Assembly (NCBI GenBank): GCA_945870105.1 | Contig: CAMBRL010000002.1 | Location: 4,246-68,245 of the forward strand | Source of the DNA: Chitinophaga pinensis | Lineage (GTDB): Bacteria; Bacteroidota; Bacteroidia; SXHM01 | Direction of reading: 5' to 3' | Length of the DNA stretch: 64,000 nt | In this document: positions 26,701 to 35,885 of the stretch, piece by piece | How positions within the stretch are numbered: position 1 is the first letter of the stretch | Layout of the letters: every line of letters starts with the position of its first letter | Translations under genes and position numbers: made by a program | The notes under the pieces: generated by a model | Databases searched by the model: none | What the model saw: the letters and a program-made list of their open reading frames with translations, nothing else | What the model was told of the DNA's origin: nothing

Positions 26701-27969
26701 GGCACCTATACGGTTGAAGTTACAGATGACAATGGATGCGTTGCTTCGGCAACAGTAAATATTACACAACCGGCAACTGCGCTTACCGCAAGTGTTATAA
26801 AAACCAATGTTTCGTGCAACGGAGGAAACAACGGAGCGGCAACTGCCAACCCTGCAGGGGGAACAGGACCTTATACCTATAGCTGGAATACCGTTCCTGC
26901 TCAATCTGCACAAACTGCTTTTGGTTTACCTGCCGGAAGCTACACGGTTGTAATTACCGATGCCAACGGTTGCACCATTTCAAAAAACACAACTATCACC
27001 CAGCCTGCAGCAGTTGAAACAAGTTTAAGTGTTGTTCCTGCTGCCTGCGGTCAACCAAACGGCTCGGCAACAGTTACAGCAAGCGGTGGAGTGGGTAACT
27101 TTATCTATTCATGGAACACCAATCCTGAGCAAACTACTGCTACTGCTTCAGCACTTGAAGCCGGAATTTATACTGTTACTGTTACCGATGGAAACGGATG
27201 CGTTTCAACTGAAACAGCAACCGTAAATAATGAAAATGCTCCGCTTTTAGATGCTACAGCTACTAACGCAAGCTGCTTTGGTGCCGACAACGGTATAGCA
27301 ACAGTAGCGGCAACAGGTGGTTCATCGCCATACTCTTATTCGTGGAACACAAACCCGGCACAAACTATTGCAACTGCTACAGGGCTTGCTCCCGGCACTT
27401 ATGTGGTTACTGTTACTGACGATGGAGGATGCTCATCCTTTGCAACTTTAACCATTACAGAGCCAACCGCTATTACCACTTCTACCAACAGCACAGACCC
27501 AACCTGTGATGTGTGTGCAGACGGAAGTGCAACTGTAACACCTTCAGATGGAACTCCGGGATACACTTATCTTTGGAGTAACGGACAAACAACAGCAACT
27601 GCTTTAGACCTAGCTGAAGGAACGTATTGTGTTACTGTAACGGATGACAATGGTTGCGAAACCAATACCTGTGTTACATTAACTGCTCTTGTAACCGGAG
27701 TTGTAAATGCATCTCTGTCTGATAATTCATTCACCGTTTACCCTAACCCTACTTCAGGATTTGTAACTGTTGAATTGGAAACCACGCACCTTTCAACTAT
27801 TACCTTAACGCTTACAAACATGCTTGGACAAAACATCGTAACCCAGCAAAGCGAAGTAAATGGTTTGTTCAAACAAGTGTATGACTTATCTGCTTTTGCT
27901 GAAGGACTATACTTTATTACCGTGTGTTCAGAAAACGAAACGCTGTTGAGGAAGGTGATTAAGAAGTAG
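23704..27969 (+). CDS. Giant T9SS cargo protein made of 17 SprB-type repeats plus a T9SS CTD
   Basis: Seventeen repeats of the form C.G...G.A(T/S)....GG..PY.YSWNTNPVQTT.TA.GL.AGTYTVTVTD.NGC. C-terminus FTVYPNPTSGFVTVE...GLYFITV. Confidence 0.9.
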   Translation: MKNLYFSLITLLSFLIVFIPDDANAQFCNAFTSQQNATCNGVCNGSGTVTFFTGGGFGTPTYSWNTNPVQTTATATNLCAGTYIVTVTGTNGCVDQATITITQPQPINATTSQVNVLCYGGTTGTATITVSGNGNYTYSWNTNPVQTTQTATGLTAGTYTVIATNTNSGCTVTRTVTITQGPQITGSISTTPSDCGQSTGTATASASGGTGGFTYSWNTNPVQTTSTATGLAAGGYIVTVTDANGCTQSGPATIENIGGPELTQSVTNINCSGGDNGTATVTATGGTEPYSYSWNTTPVQTTQTAIGLTAGTYTATVTDGEGCFETIDVTIIEVNSMIVTTTQINISCNGGASGSATATGAGGTAPYYYLWNTVPSQNGPTASGLTIGSYTVTAVDANSCSATATVTITQADVFVTTTDQTNLSCNGENDGTATVNVFGGNPPYQFSWNSNPVQTTQTAVNLGAGNYTVTVTDVSGCVTTAGVTITQPAAITLSASATTTSCGQTAGTATATASGGTGVLTYSWDTNPVQTTATATGLSAGTYTVTVTDEGNCSATASATVTSPGGPSSTVTHTNVSCNGGNNGTATVTATGGSQPYTYSWSGGQTTQTAFGLIAGTYTVTVTDQSNCTTLSTVTITEPLPLSISIESENVQCNGLASGSATAIVTGGVSAYSYSWDTQPEETTAAISGLDAGTYTVTVADNNGCEATASASITEPDELTAATIQTHVSCFGETNGAATVNPVGGTQPYSYSWNTNPVQTTQTAIALTAGGYSVLVTDTNGCTVTKQVTITKPSVLTTNYITTPEDCGQSNGSIAATVSGGTGAYSYSWNTNPVQTTATATGLASASYTLTVTDENGCVATLTVNLPNAGGLFAEATSTNVSCNGGDNGTVTGNASGGAQPYSYAWDTNPVETTQSVTGLSAGTYTGTVTDDNGCVFTITATVTEPEALTVSAEFENILCNGQATGSATANVAGGTTPYVYAWDTDPAQTTTAISGLIAGTYTVEVTDDNGCVASATVNITQPATALTASVIKTNVSCNGGNNGAATANPAGGTGPYTYSWNTVPAQSAQTAFGLPAGSYTVVITDANGCTISKNTTITQPAAVETSLSVVPAACGQPNGSATVTASGGVGNFIYSWNTNPEQTTATASALEAGIYTVTVTDGNGCVSTETATVNNENAPLLDATATNASCFGADNGIATVAATGGSSPYSYSWNTNPAQTIATATGLAPGTYVVTVTDDGGCSSFATLTITEPTAITTSTNSTDPTCDVCADGSATVTPSDGTPGYTYLWSNGQTTATALDLAEGTYCVTVTDDNGCETNTCVTLTALVTGVVNASLSDNSFTVYPNPTSGFVTVELETTHLSTITLTLTNMLGQNIVTQQSEVNGLFKQVYDLSAFAEGLYFITVCSENETLLRKVIKK

Positions 27970-27990
27970 GCTGAATTAGTTTTGATTATA

Positions 27991-28025
27991 AAAAAGGACG
28001 GGGCAGATGCTCCGTCCTTTTTATT
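27991..28025 (+). terminator. Rho-independent terminator
   Basis: AAAAAGGACGG-GGCAGATGCT-CCGTCCTTTTT. Confidence 0.8.
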
Positions 28026-28075
28026 TATACATAGAACCAAAAATTCTACTTTTACCCTTTCACAAATTTTTACTG

Positions 28076-30913
28076 ATGTCCGACAATAACGATAAACGAT
28101 TATTCCTGCTTGATGCCTTTGCTCTTATTTACCGTGCCTATTTTGCTTTTGGCACTAATCAGCGTGTAACCTCAACCGGGTTGAACACTTCTGCAGTATT
28201 TGGTTTTACTAATACCTTGCTTGAAATTTTACAGAAAGAAAAACCAACCCACATTGCTGTTGTTTTTGATACCGCTGCACCAACTGCCCGCCACATTGAG
28301 TTTGCCGAATACAAAGCCCACCGCGATGCCATGCCTGATGATATTGTGGTCGCCATTCCGTATGTGAAGCGGCTGATAGAAGGTTTCAGAATTCCTGTTT
28401 TATTTAGCGATGGCTATGAAGCCGATGATGTAATTGGCACGTTGGCGAAGAAAGCCGAGAAAGCCGGTTACGTTACCTACATGATGACCCCCGACAAAGA
28501 TTACGGACAATTGGTGAGCGATAATATCTTTATGTATAAGCCTGCTAAGTTTGGTAACCCTGCAGAAATACTTGGTCCGAAAGAAATCTGTGCGAAGTAT
28601 AATATTCAACGACCTGAACAGGTGATTGACATCCTAGGTTTGATGGGCGATACGGCTGATAATATTCCGGGTATTCCGGGTGTGGGTGAGAAAACTGCCA
28701 TTAAATTAATCACCGAATATCATAGCGTTGAAAATCTTTTAGACAATGCCGACAAGCTAACCGGCTCATTAAAAGAGAAGGTGATGAACAATAAAGACAA
28801 AGCTATTCTTTCAAAAAAACTGGCAACTATTTTATTGGATGCACCTGTGGAGTTTGAAGAAGACAAGCTGATAATGGAAGCTCCTGACAAGGAAAAATTA
28901 AAAGAGCTTTTCACAGAACTGGAGTTTCGTCAGATTGCAAAACGTGTATTGGGTGAAGAAATTTCTTCAGAAGCAACCGAACAAAAGAAAGAGAAAAAAG
29001 CAATTGCTGCCACCAAGCAGGAAACCGGTCAGTTTGATATGTTTGGCGGTGATGATGAAACTGCAGCAGAAAATAACACCGAACAACCGCACGAGATTTT
29101 TAAAACAATTGCAGATGTTCCGCACACCTATCATTTAGTTGATACCAAAGAAAAAAGAGCGGAACTAATTCACCTTCTCTCCTCTCAAAAAAGTTTTTGC
29201 TTTGATACCGAAACAACAGCGCTTGATGTTTTTGAAGCAGAGATTGTAGGACTTTCTTTCTCCTTCAAAAAAGCAGAAGCCTATTACGTTACCATTCCCG
29301 AAAACCAAACCGAGGCGAAGGAAGTAATCACTGAATTCAAAGCATTACTTGAAAACGAAAGCATAGAAAAAATCGGACAGAACATGAAATATGATATTTC
29401 TGTTCTTCGCAATTACGGGGTTGAAGTGTTAGGAAATAAATTCGACACGATGATTGCGCATTACCTGATACAACCCGATATGCGCCACAATATGGATGTG
29501 TTGGCGGAAACGTATTTAGGATATTCGCCCGTTTCCATTACTACACTCATTGGTGCGAAGGGCAAGAACCAACTCAGCATGCGCGATGCTCCCGTTGAAA
29601 AACTAGTGGAGTATGCTGGTGAAGATGCAGACATCACCTTACAACTGCGCGAAGTGTTTGAACCCATGCTGCAAAAAGACGGCACCAATAAAGTGTTTGA
29701 TGCCATTGAAATGCCGTTGGTTGCTGTTTTGGCTGACATGGAAAACGAAGGAATCAATCTCGACACCGCTGCGCTTGCCTCCTTCTCATTAGAACTACAG
29801 GACGAGTTATTAAAAGTGCAAAGTGAGATTTATCAGATGGCAGGAACCACGTTTAACATTGCATCACCGCAACAGCTGGGTAAAATTTTGTTTGACCACA
29901 TGAAGATTTCGGACAAGGTTAAAAAAACCAAAACCGGTCAATATGCAACAGGTGAAGACATCCTGGAAAAACTTGCAGCCGCAAATCCAATCGTTGAAAA
30001 AATTCTCATCTTCCGCGAGTTGCAAAAACTCAAGAACACTTACGTTGACCCGCTGCCCACAATGCTCAATCCCAAGACAGGAAAAATTCACACCTCTTAC
30101 AATCAAGTGGTAGCAGCAACTGGAAGATTGAGTTCCGACAAACCTAATTTGCAAAACATTCCCATCAGAACAGAAAAAGGTCGCGAGGTGCGCAAAGCAT
30201 TTATTGCCCGCAACGATGAGTTCACTATTCTTTCTGCCGACTATTCGCAAATTGAATTGCGCATCATTGCAGAACTCAGCGAAGACCCGGGAATGATGGA
30301 AGCCTTCCGTCAGGGCTTAGACATTCACTCCGCAACGGCTTCCAAAGTTTTCAATGTTCCGTTAGAGGCTGTAGACAAAGAAATGCGCAGAAAAGCAAAG
30401 GCCGTAAACTTCGGCATCTCCTACGGACAAACTGCTTTCGGTTTATCGCAAACGCTCAACATTCCGCGAAAAGAAGCCAGTGATATTATTGATAATTATT
30501 TTGCACAATATCCCAATGTGCGTGGACTAATGGACAAGAACATCAACTTTGCACGCGAGCATGGTTACGTGGAAACCATCATGGGACGCAGAAGATACCT
30601 ACGTGATATTAACGACAGCAATGCCAACGTGCGTTCAGGTGCTGAACGAAATGCCATCAACGCACCCATTCAAGGCTCTGCTGCCGACATGATTAAGATT
30701 GCCATGATCAATATTCATCGCGAACTGAAAAATCAAAATCTGAAATCGCGTCTGCTTCTTCAGGTGCATGACGAATTGGTTTTCGATGCCCACAAAGATG
30801 AAGTGGATGTATTAAAACCGTTAATCCGTGAGGGAATGGTGAATGCAATTCCAATGAAAGTTCCCATTGAAGTGGATATGAATACAGGCAAAAATTGGTT
30901 GGAAGCGCATTGA
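28076..30913 (+). CDS. polA: DNA polymerase I
   Basis: Trimmed to MSDNNDKRLFLLDAFALIYRAYFA (5'-3' exo). Contains the 3'-5' exo motif FDTETT, and the pol motifs RRKAKAVNFGISYG and QVHDELVF. Confidence 0.97.
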   Translation: MSDNNDKRLFLLDAFALIYRAYFAFGTNQRVTSTGLNTSAVFGFTNTLLEILQKEKPTHIAVVFDTAAPTARHIEFAEYKAHRDAMPDDIVVAIPYVKRLIEGFRIPVLFSDGYEADDVIGTLAKKAEKAGYVTYMMTPDKDYGQLVSDNIFMYKPAKFGNPAEILGPKEICAKYNIQRPEQVIDILGLMGDTADNIPGIPGVGEKTAIKLITEYHSVENLLDNADKLTGSLKEKVMNNKDKAILSKKLATILLDAPVEFEEDKLIMEAPDKEKLKELFTELEFRQIAKRVLGEEISSEATEQKKEKKAIAATKQETGQFDMFGGDDETAAENNTEQPHEIFKTIADVPHTYHLVDTKEKRAELIHLLSSQKSFCFDTETTALDVFEAEIVGLSFSFKKAEAYYVTIPENQTEAKEVITEFKALLENESIEKIGQNMKYDISVLRNYGVEVLGNKFDTMIAHYLIQPDMRHNMDVLAETYLGYSPVSITTLIGAKGKNQLSMRDAPVEKLVEYAGEDADITLQLREVFEPMLQKDGTNKVFDAIEMPLVAVLADMENEGINLDTAALASFSLELQDELLKVQSEIYQMAGTTFNIASPQQLGKILFDHMKISDKVKKTKTGQYATGEDILEKLAAANPIVEKILIFRELQKLKNTYVDPLPTMLNPKTGKIHTSYNQVVAATGRLSSDKPNLQNIPIRTEKGREVRKAFIARNDEFTILSADYSQIELRIIAELSEDPGMMEAFRQGLDIHSATASKVFNVPLEAVDKEMRRKAKAVNFGISYGQTAFGLSQTLNIPRKEASDIIDNYFAQYPNVRGLMDKNINFAREHGYVETIMGRRRYLRDINDSNANVRSGAERNAINAPIQGSAADMIKIAMINIHRELKNQNLKSRLLLQVHDELVFDAHKDEVDVLKPLIREGMVNAIPMKVPIEVDMNTGKNWLEAH

Positions 30914-30920
30914 GTAAATT

Positions 30921-30994
30921 CCGTCATTGCGAGGGTTTTTCACCCGAAGCAATCTCCAAATAATAAGATTGCATCGCTACGCTCGCAATGACGG
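30921..30994. repeat. Family F2 element, full copy with 13-bp terminal inverted repeats (CCGTCATTGCGAG ... CTCGCAATGACGG)
   Basis: Perfect termini. The internal GAAGCAATCTC module is shared with 3185..3215. Confidence 0.75.
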
Positions 30995-31037
30995 AAATAT
31001 TCCTTTTCTTTGAACTCTTAAAATCAAAAACAAAAAA

Positions 31038-31871
31038 ATGAACAAACTATTTTTTGCACTACTATCTTCTGTTCTTTTTCTTGCTGCCTGCAGCAACGAA
31101 GCTAAAAAAGAAAGCACCGAAGAAAAACCTTTTGTAGCCGAAGAACCTGTTGACCTTACCAATTCCGAAGCCATGATGAATAACATGCCTTCGCCCATTG
31201 AATTAGCAATCCTCATAAAAGCCGAAGGCGCCAAATACAACAAGGAATTGCTGAACGATGTAAAAAACATTTCAAAATACACCACCAACGCTAAAAAAGC
31301 CATCAACATTGGTGTTTACAGTGCCGATGTAGGTTACACCACCCTCTTCAAACAAACACAGGAAACCTATTTTTACTTCAATAATATCCGCAAACTTTCT
31401 GATGAAATCGGCTTGTCAAGCGCCTTTGACCAAACGATGTTTGACCGTGTGGAAAGCAATGTAGAAAACCGCGATTCGCTTATCGGTATCATCACGCAAG
31501 CATATCAGGTTGCCAACAAATTTTTGAAAGACAATAACCGCATGAGTACATCGGTTCTCATGGTTTCGGGCGCGTGGGTTGAGTGCATGTATATTGCCAC
31601 CCGCCTCAGCAGCAACGGAAAAATAAACCCGCAGATTGCAGCCCGTGTTGCTGAACAAAAAATTACACTCGCCAAACTTCTTTCAACCATGAACGAGTTT
31701 AAAAGCGATGAAAATGTAGCCGCTCTCATTCCGCAATTTGAAAGCCTGAAAGCCATTTTGGAAAAAGGTGAAATGGCAACTCCGAAAGACGATGATTTTG
31801 TAATTAACGAAGCTCAATATAAAGAACTGGTTGCAAAAACTGAGGAGGTTAGGGCTTCGTTTGTGAACTAA
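31038..31871 (+). CDS. Lipoprotein, hypothetical
   Basis: Lipobox LFLAACSNE; 277 aa, helical. Confidence 0.7.
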   Translation: MNKLFFALLSSVLFLAACSNEAKKESTEEKPFVAEEPVDLTNSEAMMNNMPSPIELAILIKAEGAKYNKELLNDVKNISKYTTNAKKAINIGVYSADVGYTTLFKQTQETYFYFNNIRKLSDEIGLSSAFDQTMFDRVESNVENRDSLIGIITQAYQVANKFLKDNNRMSTSVLMVSGAWVECMYIATRLSSNGKINPQIAARVAEQKITLAKLLSTMNEFKSDENVAALIPQFESLKAILEKGEMATPKDDDFVINEAQYKELVAKTEEVRASFVN

Positions 31872-31919
31872 AGCTTAGCATTTCACATATATAGCGGTTT
31901 GATTTAAGCAGGAAAATCC

Positions 31920-31927
31920 TAAATTTG
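31920..31927 (+). promoter_or_regulatory. -7 box TAAATTTG for the sprE-like gene
   Basis: TAnnTTTG match about 84 nt upstream of 32011. Confidence 0.45.
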
Positions 31928-32010
31928 CACTGCTTTAATAAACAACACCTCAACAAAAACACTTCACATCGGGAAATTTCTACTATTTTAGATTTTCATT
32001 TTCAGCTATT

Positions 32011-34659
32011 TTGAATTCTGTGAAGTTCCGCCTTTCAAGCAAAAGTTCGTTCGTATGGTTTTTAACCATAGCTGTTTTCGTGTTCAGTTTTTACGGCTGC
32101 TCGCGCAAGAAAAACAGTTTCCTTAACCGCGCCTGGCACAACACCACCTCACATTACAACGGCTATTTCAATGGCCGCGAAGCCCTGAAAGAAGGTGTTG
32201 CCACCCTTGAGACCAGTCATACCGATGATTACGATAAGATATTGGAAGTTTTCCAAACAGGCGCACCCGAGCAGGCAAGCGCTATAAACCCAAATGCCGA
32301 CAAAGCCATAAAAAAAGCAGGAACCATGATAGCCAACCATTCCATGCTCATCAAAGGCAAGGAATATTGCCGCTGGATTGACGATTGCTACATGCTCATA
32401 GGAAAGTCAAACCACTACAAAAAAGATTTTTATCAGGCGGCTGAAATATTTAATTACGTCATCAAGCAGTACAAAGACAAACCGGCTACCATTGCAGACG
32501 GTCGCATCTGGCTGCTGCGCAATTACACCGCAATGAGCCGCCTTTCGAGTGCGCAGGGCGTTATTGATAACATTGAAGCAGACATTGAGGTGCTTCCCGA
32601 AAAACAGGTGGGTCATTATGCCGCTGCCTATGCCGATTTCTTGATTAAAAAAGAAGAATATGCCAACGCCATTCCTCAGTTGGAAAAAGCCATTGCCAAC
32701 ACCAAGAACAAACGCCTTATAACACGATATACCTACATTCTTGCACAGCTTTACGAGAAGATAAACGACAAAGCGAAAGCTTCCTATTACTATGCACAGG
32801 TGCTGAAAAAGAACCCCACCTATGACATGGCTTTCAATGCACAGATCAATCAGGCACTTATGTTTGATGTAGCATCGGGGAGCAGCAGTGCCGACCTGAA
32901 AAAAATACTGCGCAAAATGTCGCGTGACGATAAAAACATCGAATACTTAGATCGTATTTATTATGCGCTTGCCGGAATTGCCATCAACGAAAGCGAATAC
33001 GATGAAGCCATTAAACTGCTGAAACAATCCGTTCTCGCAAGCACTTCCAACACCAAACAAAAAGGACTCTCCTATCTTGGTCTTGCCGATCTGTATTTTG
33101 ATAAACCAGAATACGAAAACTCAAAACTATATTACGACAGCACACTCACTGCCCTTCCGAAAGAACATGCAGAGTTTCCGCGTGCTGAAGCAAAGCGCAA
33201 CAGTCTGGAAGACTTAGTAAAAAACCTGCACATCATTGCCTTTGAAGACAGTGTTCAGAAACTGGCAAAAATGAGTTCAACCGAACTGGATATTTATATT
33301 GACGATATGATTGCAAAAATCATTGAAGAAGAAGAACGTAAACGTTTTGAAGAAGAAAATGCAGCGCTCAACCCAATCAACACCAATACAAATACCAACG
33401 CCAACACCAATGCTACCTCAGGCGGCAAATGGTATTTTGATAATCCCACAACAATCAGTTTTGGTTATGGTGAGTTTGCACGAATCTGGGGCAACCGAAA
33501 ACTGGAAGACAACTGGCGCAGAAAAAATAAAGAAAGCGTTGCACCAACTATAGCAGAAAATGCGTTACAGGATTCTTTAGCTGCAAAAAAAGATACGTTT
33601 GATGTAAAGTCAAAAGCTTATTACCTCAGAAGCATACCCACCACGCAGGCAGCAATGGACAGTTCAAACGGCAGAGTCATTGAAGCCTATTACAGCCTTG
33701 GTATGATTTACCGAGAACAGCTTGACGACAAACCGCGCTCCGTTGATGCCTTTGAAACACTGCTGAAACGTTATCCTAAGAACAAATACACGCTTGCTTC
33801 TTATTACCAGCTTTACAGACTTAATCTGGCAATGGCCAACAAACCACGCGCAGATTATTACCGCAACCTGATTATTAAAGAATACCCAGAAAGCGAATAC
33901 GCCAGCATTCTGCAAAACCCAAATTACCTGAAAGAATTGGAAGCATTTAAAGGTCGTGCTGCCGAGTTTTATGGCGAAACATTTGCCGCTTACGAAGCAC
34001 AGGATTACGATGTGGTAATTCAAAATGCAAACCAGGCGCACATCCGTTTCGAGAAAAGCGACCAGCTTCCGCGCTTTGATTTATTGAAAGCAATGGCAAT
34101 CGGCAAAACACAAAAGCTAAATGAATTTGAAGCTTCGCTGAAAGAACTGATTGCAAAATATCCCCAAGGTGAAGAACGCAAGGAAGCCGAAAACATTCTG
34201 AAATATATTGAAGGAATTCGCGGTGGAGCTGATGAAAGAATGCCTGACGACAAGATTTTAAACCTCCCTGCAATTGTTGACCAAAGTCTGTATCGCCTCA
34301 ATAAAGATACTGTTCACTATTACGTTACGGTTGTTGGCAAAATGGGCTACAACAACAGTCCGCTGAAAGCAAAAATTTCAGACTTTAACACGGAGTTTTT
34401 TAGTCTTGATGGGCTTACGATTAAAAATATTATGCTCAACCCTCTTTCACAATTAGTGTATGTTGAGAAATTTGAAAATGCTGCCAAAGCCAAAGCTTAC
34501 TTTGAAGCCATCAAACAAAAACCTGAAATTTTTGAAGGGCTTGCAGTTGAGGAATACCGTCACTTTATTATTTCGGCTGGCAACTTCAACATCTATTACA
34601 AGGATAAAAACATTGACAAATACTTAGAGTTCTTCAACACCAACTACGCTAATAATTAA
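32011..34659 (+). CDS. sprE: TPR-repeat lipoprotein, probable T9SS/gliding component PorW/SprE
   Basis: Lipobox FSFYGCS followed by RKKNSFLNRAWHNTTSHYNGYFNG, which matches my recollection of the SprE N-terminus. About 880 aa and TPR-rich. No in-frame ATG, so a TTG 32011 or GTG 32020 start. Confidence 0.6.
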   Translation: MNSVKFRLSSKSSFVWFLTIAVFVFSFYGCSRKKNSFLNRAWHNTTSHYNGYFNGREALKEGVATLETSHTDDYDKILEVFQTGAPEQASAINPNADKAIKKAGTMIANHSMLIKGKEYCRWIDDCYMLIGKSNHYKKDFYQAAEIFNYVIKQYKDKPATIADGRIWLLRNYTAMSRLSSAQGVIDNIEADIEVLPEKQVGHYAAAYADFLIKKEEYANAIPQLEKAIANTKNKRLITRYTYILAQLYEKINDKAKASYYYAQVLKKNPTYDMAFNAQINQALMFDVASGSSSADLKKILRKMSRDDKNIEYLDRIYYALAGIAINESEYDEAIKLLKQSVLASTSNTKQKGLSYLGLADLYFDKPEYENSKLYYDSTLTALPKEHAEFPRAEAKRNSLEDLVKNLHIIAFEDSVQKLAKMSSTELDIYIDDMIAKIIEEEERKRFEEENAALNPINTNTNTNANTNATSGGKWYFDNPTTISFGYGEFARIWGNRKLEDNWRRKNKESVAPTIAENALQDSLAAKKDTFDVKSKAYYLRSIPTTQAAMDSSNGRVIEAYYSLGMIYREQLDDKPRSVDAFETLLKRYPKNKYTLASYYQLYRLNLAMANKPRADYYRNLIIKEYPESEYASILQNPNYLKELEAFKGRAAEFYGETFAAYEAQDYDVVIQNANQAHIRFEKSDQLPRFDLLKAMAIGKTQKLNEFEASLKELIAKYPQGEERKEAENILKYIEGIRGGADERMPDDKILNLPAIVDQSLYRLNKDTVHYYVTVVGKMGYNNSPLKAKISDFNTEFFSLDGLTIKNIMLNPLSQLVYVEKFENAAKAKAYFEAIKQKPEIFEGLAVEEYRHFIISAGNFNIYYKDKNIDKYLEFFNTNYANN

Positions 34660-34682
34660 GCGACTTTACGAGAAATAAAAAG

Positions 34683-35021
34683 ATGGATTCAACTAGACAA
34701 AATAAAGTAAACAGGTTGTTGCAAAAAGAACTCGGGGAGTTTTTTCAACGCGAAAGCCGCACCTTTTTTGGCGGCACGTTTATAACAGTAACTGCGGTGC
34801 GCATCACGCCCGACCTTTCCATGGCACGGGTGCACCTGAGCATCTTTATCGCAAAAGACAAACAATCCGTGCTGGATAAAGTAATTGAATTGAAAAAAGA
34901 AATCCGTAAACGCATCGGTAACAAAATTGGAAAACAGGTTCGCATTGTTCCCAACTTTGAATTTTTTATTGACGACTCGATGGACTACGCTGAAAACATT
35001 GACAAACTGCTGAAGAAATAA
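34683..35021 (+). CDS. rbfA: Ribosome-binding factor A
   Basis: RQNKVNRLLQKELGEFF...VTAVRITPDLSMARVHLS. Confidence 0.93.
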   Translation: MDSTRQNKVNRLLQKELGEFFQRESRTFFGGTFITVTAVRITPDLSMARVHLSIFIAKDKQSVLDKVIELKKEIRKRIGNKIGKQVRIVPNFEFFIDDSMDYAENIDKLLKK

Positions 35022-35023
35022 GT

Positions 35024-35830
35024 ATGCAATACGATCCGATAAAACGAAGACTCGGCAGTTTTTTTAACCAAAGTCCTTTCCTCCGCAAAACATTTTACAA
35101 ACTGCTTGATTTACTCTTGCTGCGCTCATGGCACGTTCACAAAGAATTAAAAACATGGAAAAAAACAGCGCCCGGAAAAGTATCTGTTCTGGATGCAGGT
35201 TCAGGCTTTGGACAATACTCTTATTACCTTTCTAATCTTCTTCCTGCCTGCGAAATTCTGGCTGTTGATGTAAAAGAAGAACAGGTTGCCGACTGCAATA
35301 ATTTTTTCAAAAGCATAGGAAAAAACAATGTGCAGTTTGAAGTAGCCGACCTTACCAAATTTGTAAAAGCGGATAGCTATGATTTGGTTTTGTCGGTTGA
35401 TGTAATGGAACACATTCTGGAAGATGTGCAGGTATTTAAAAACTTTGTTGCTTCCATGAAAAAGGGCGGAATGCTTCTGATATCAACGCCTTCAGACCAG
35501 GGTGGCTCTGATGTTCACGAAGACGATGATTCATCTTTTATTGAAGAGCACGTTCGTGACGGATACAACATCACCGAGATTGAAAATAAACTTAAAGAGG
35601 CAGGTTTCAGCAAAGTGGAAGCACGTTATTCGTATGGTGCTCCCGGAAAAATTTCGTGGCGTCTTTCTATGAAATATCCAATTCTGATGCTGGGTGCAAG
35701 CAAATTATTTTTCATCATCATTCCGTTTTACTATTTGGTTACTTATCCAATTTCATTTGTGCTCAATTATTTTGATACCACAATGAAACACCCGACAGGA
35801 ACGGGATTGATAGTGAAAGCCTGGAAGTAA
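35024..35830 (+). CDS. Class I SAM-dependent methyltransferase with a C-terminal membrane segment
   Basis: VLDAGSGFGQYS motif I, DLVLSVDVMEHI; hydrophobic tail ILMLGASKLFFIIIPFYYLVTYPISFVL. Confidence 0.85.
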   Translation: MQYDPIKRRLGSFFNQSPFLRKTFYKLLDLLLLRSWHVHKELKTWKKTAPGKVSVLDAGSGFGQYSYYLSNLLPACEILAVDVKEEQVADCNNFFKSIGKNNVQFEVADLTKFVKADSYDLVLSVDVMEHILEDVQVFKNFVASMKKGGMLLISTPSDQGGSDVHEDDDSSFIEEHVRDGYNITEIENKLKEAGFSKVEARYSYGAPGKISWRLSMKYPILMLGASKLFFIIIPFYYLVTYPISFVLNYFDTTMKHPTGTGLIVKAWK

Positions 35831-35870
35831 ACACTGCAACCCTTTCACATTTAATTGAGAGGGGAATGAT

Positions 35871-35878
35871 TATTTTTG
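35871..35878 (+). promoter_or_regulatory. -7 box TATTTTTG, 7 nt upstream of the ATG at 35886
   Basis: Exact TAnnTTTG match. Confidence 0.5.
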
Positions 35879-35885
35879 AAACAAA

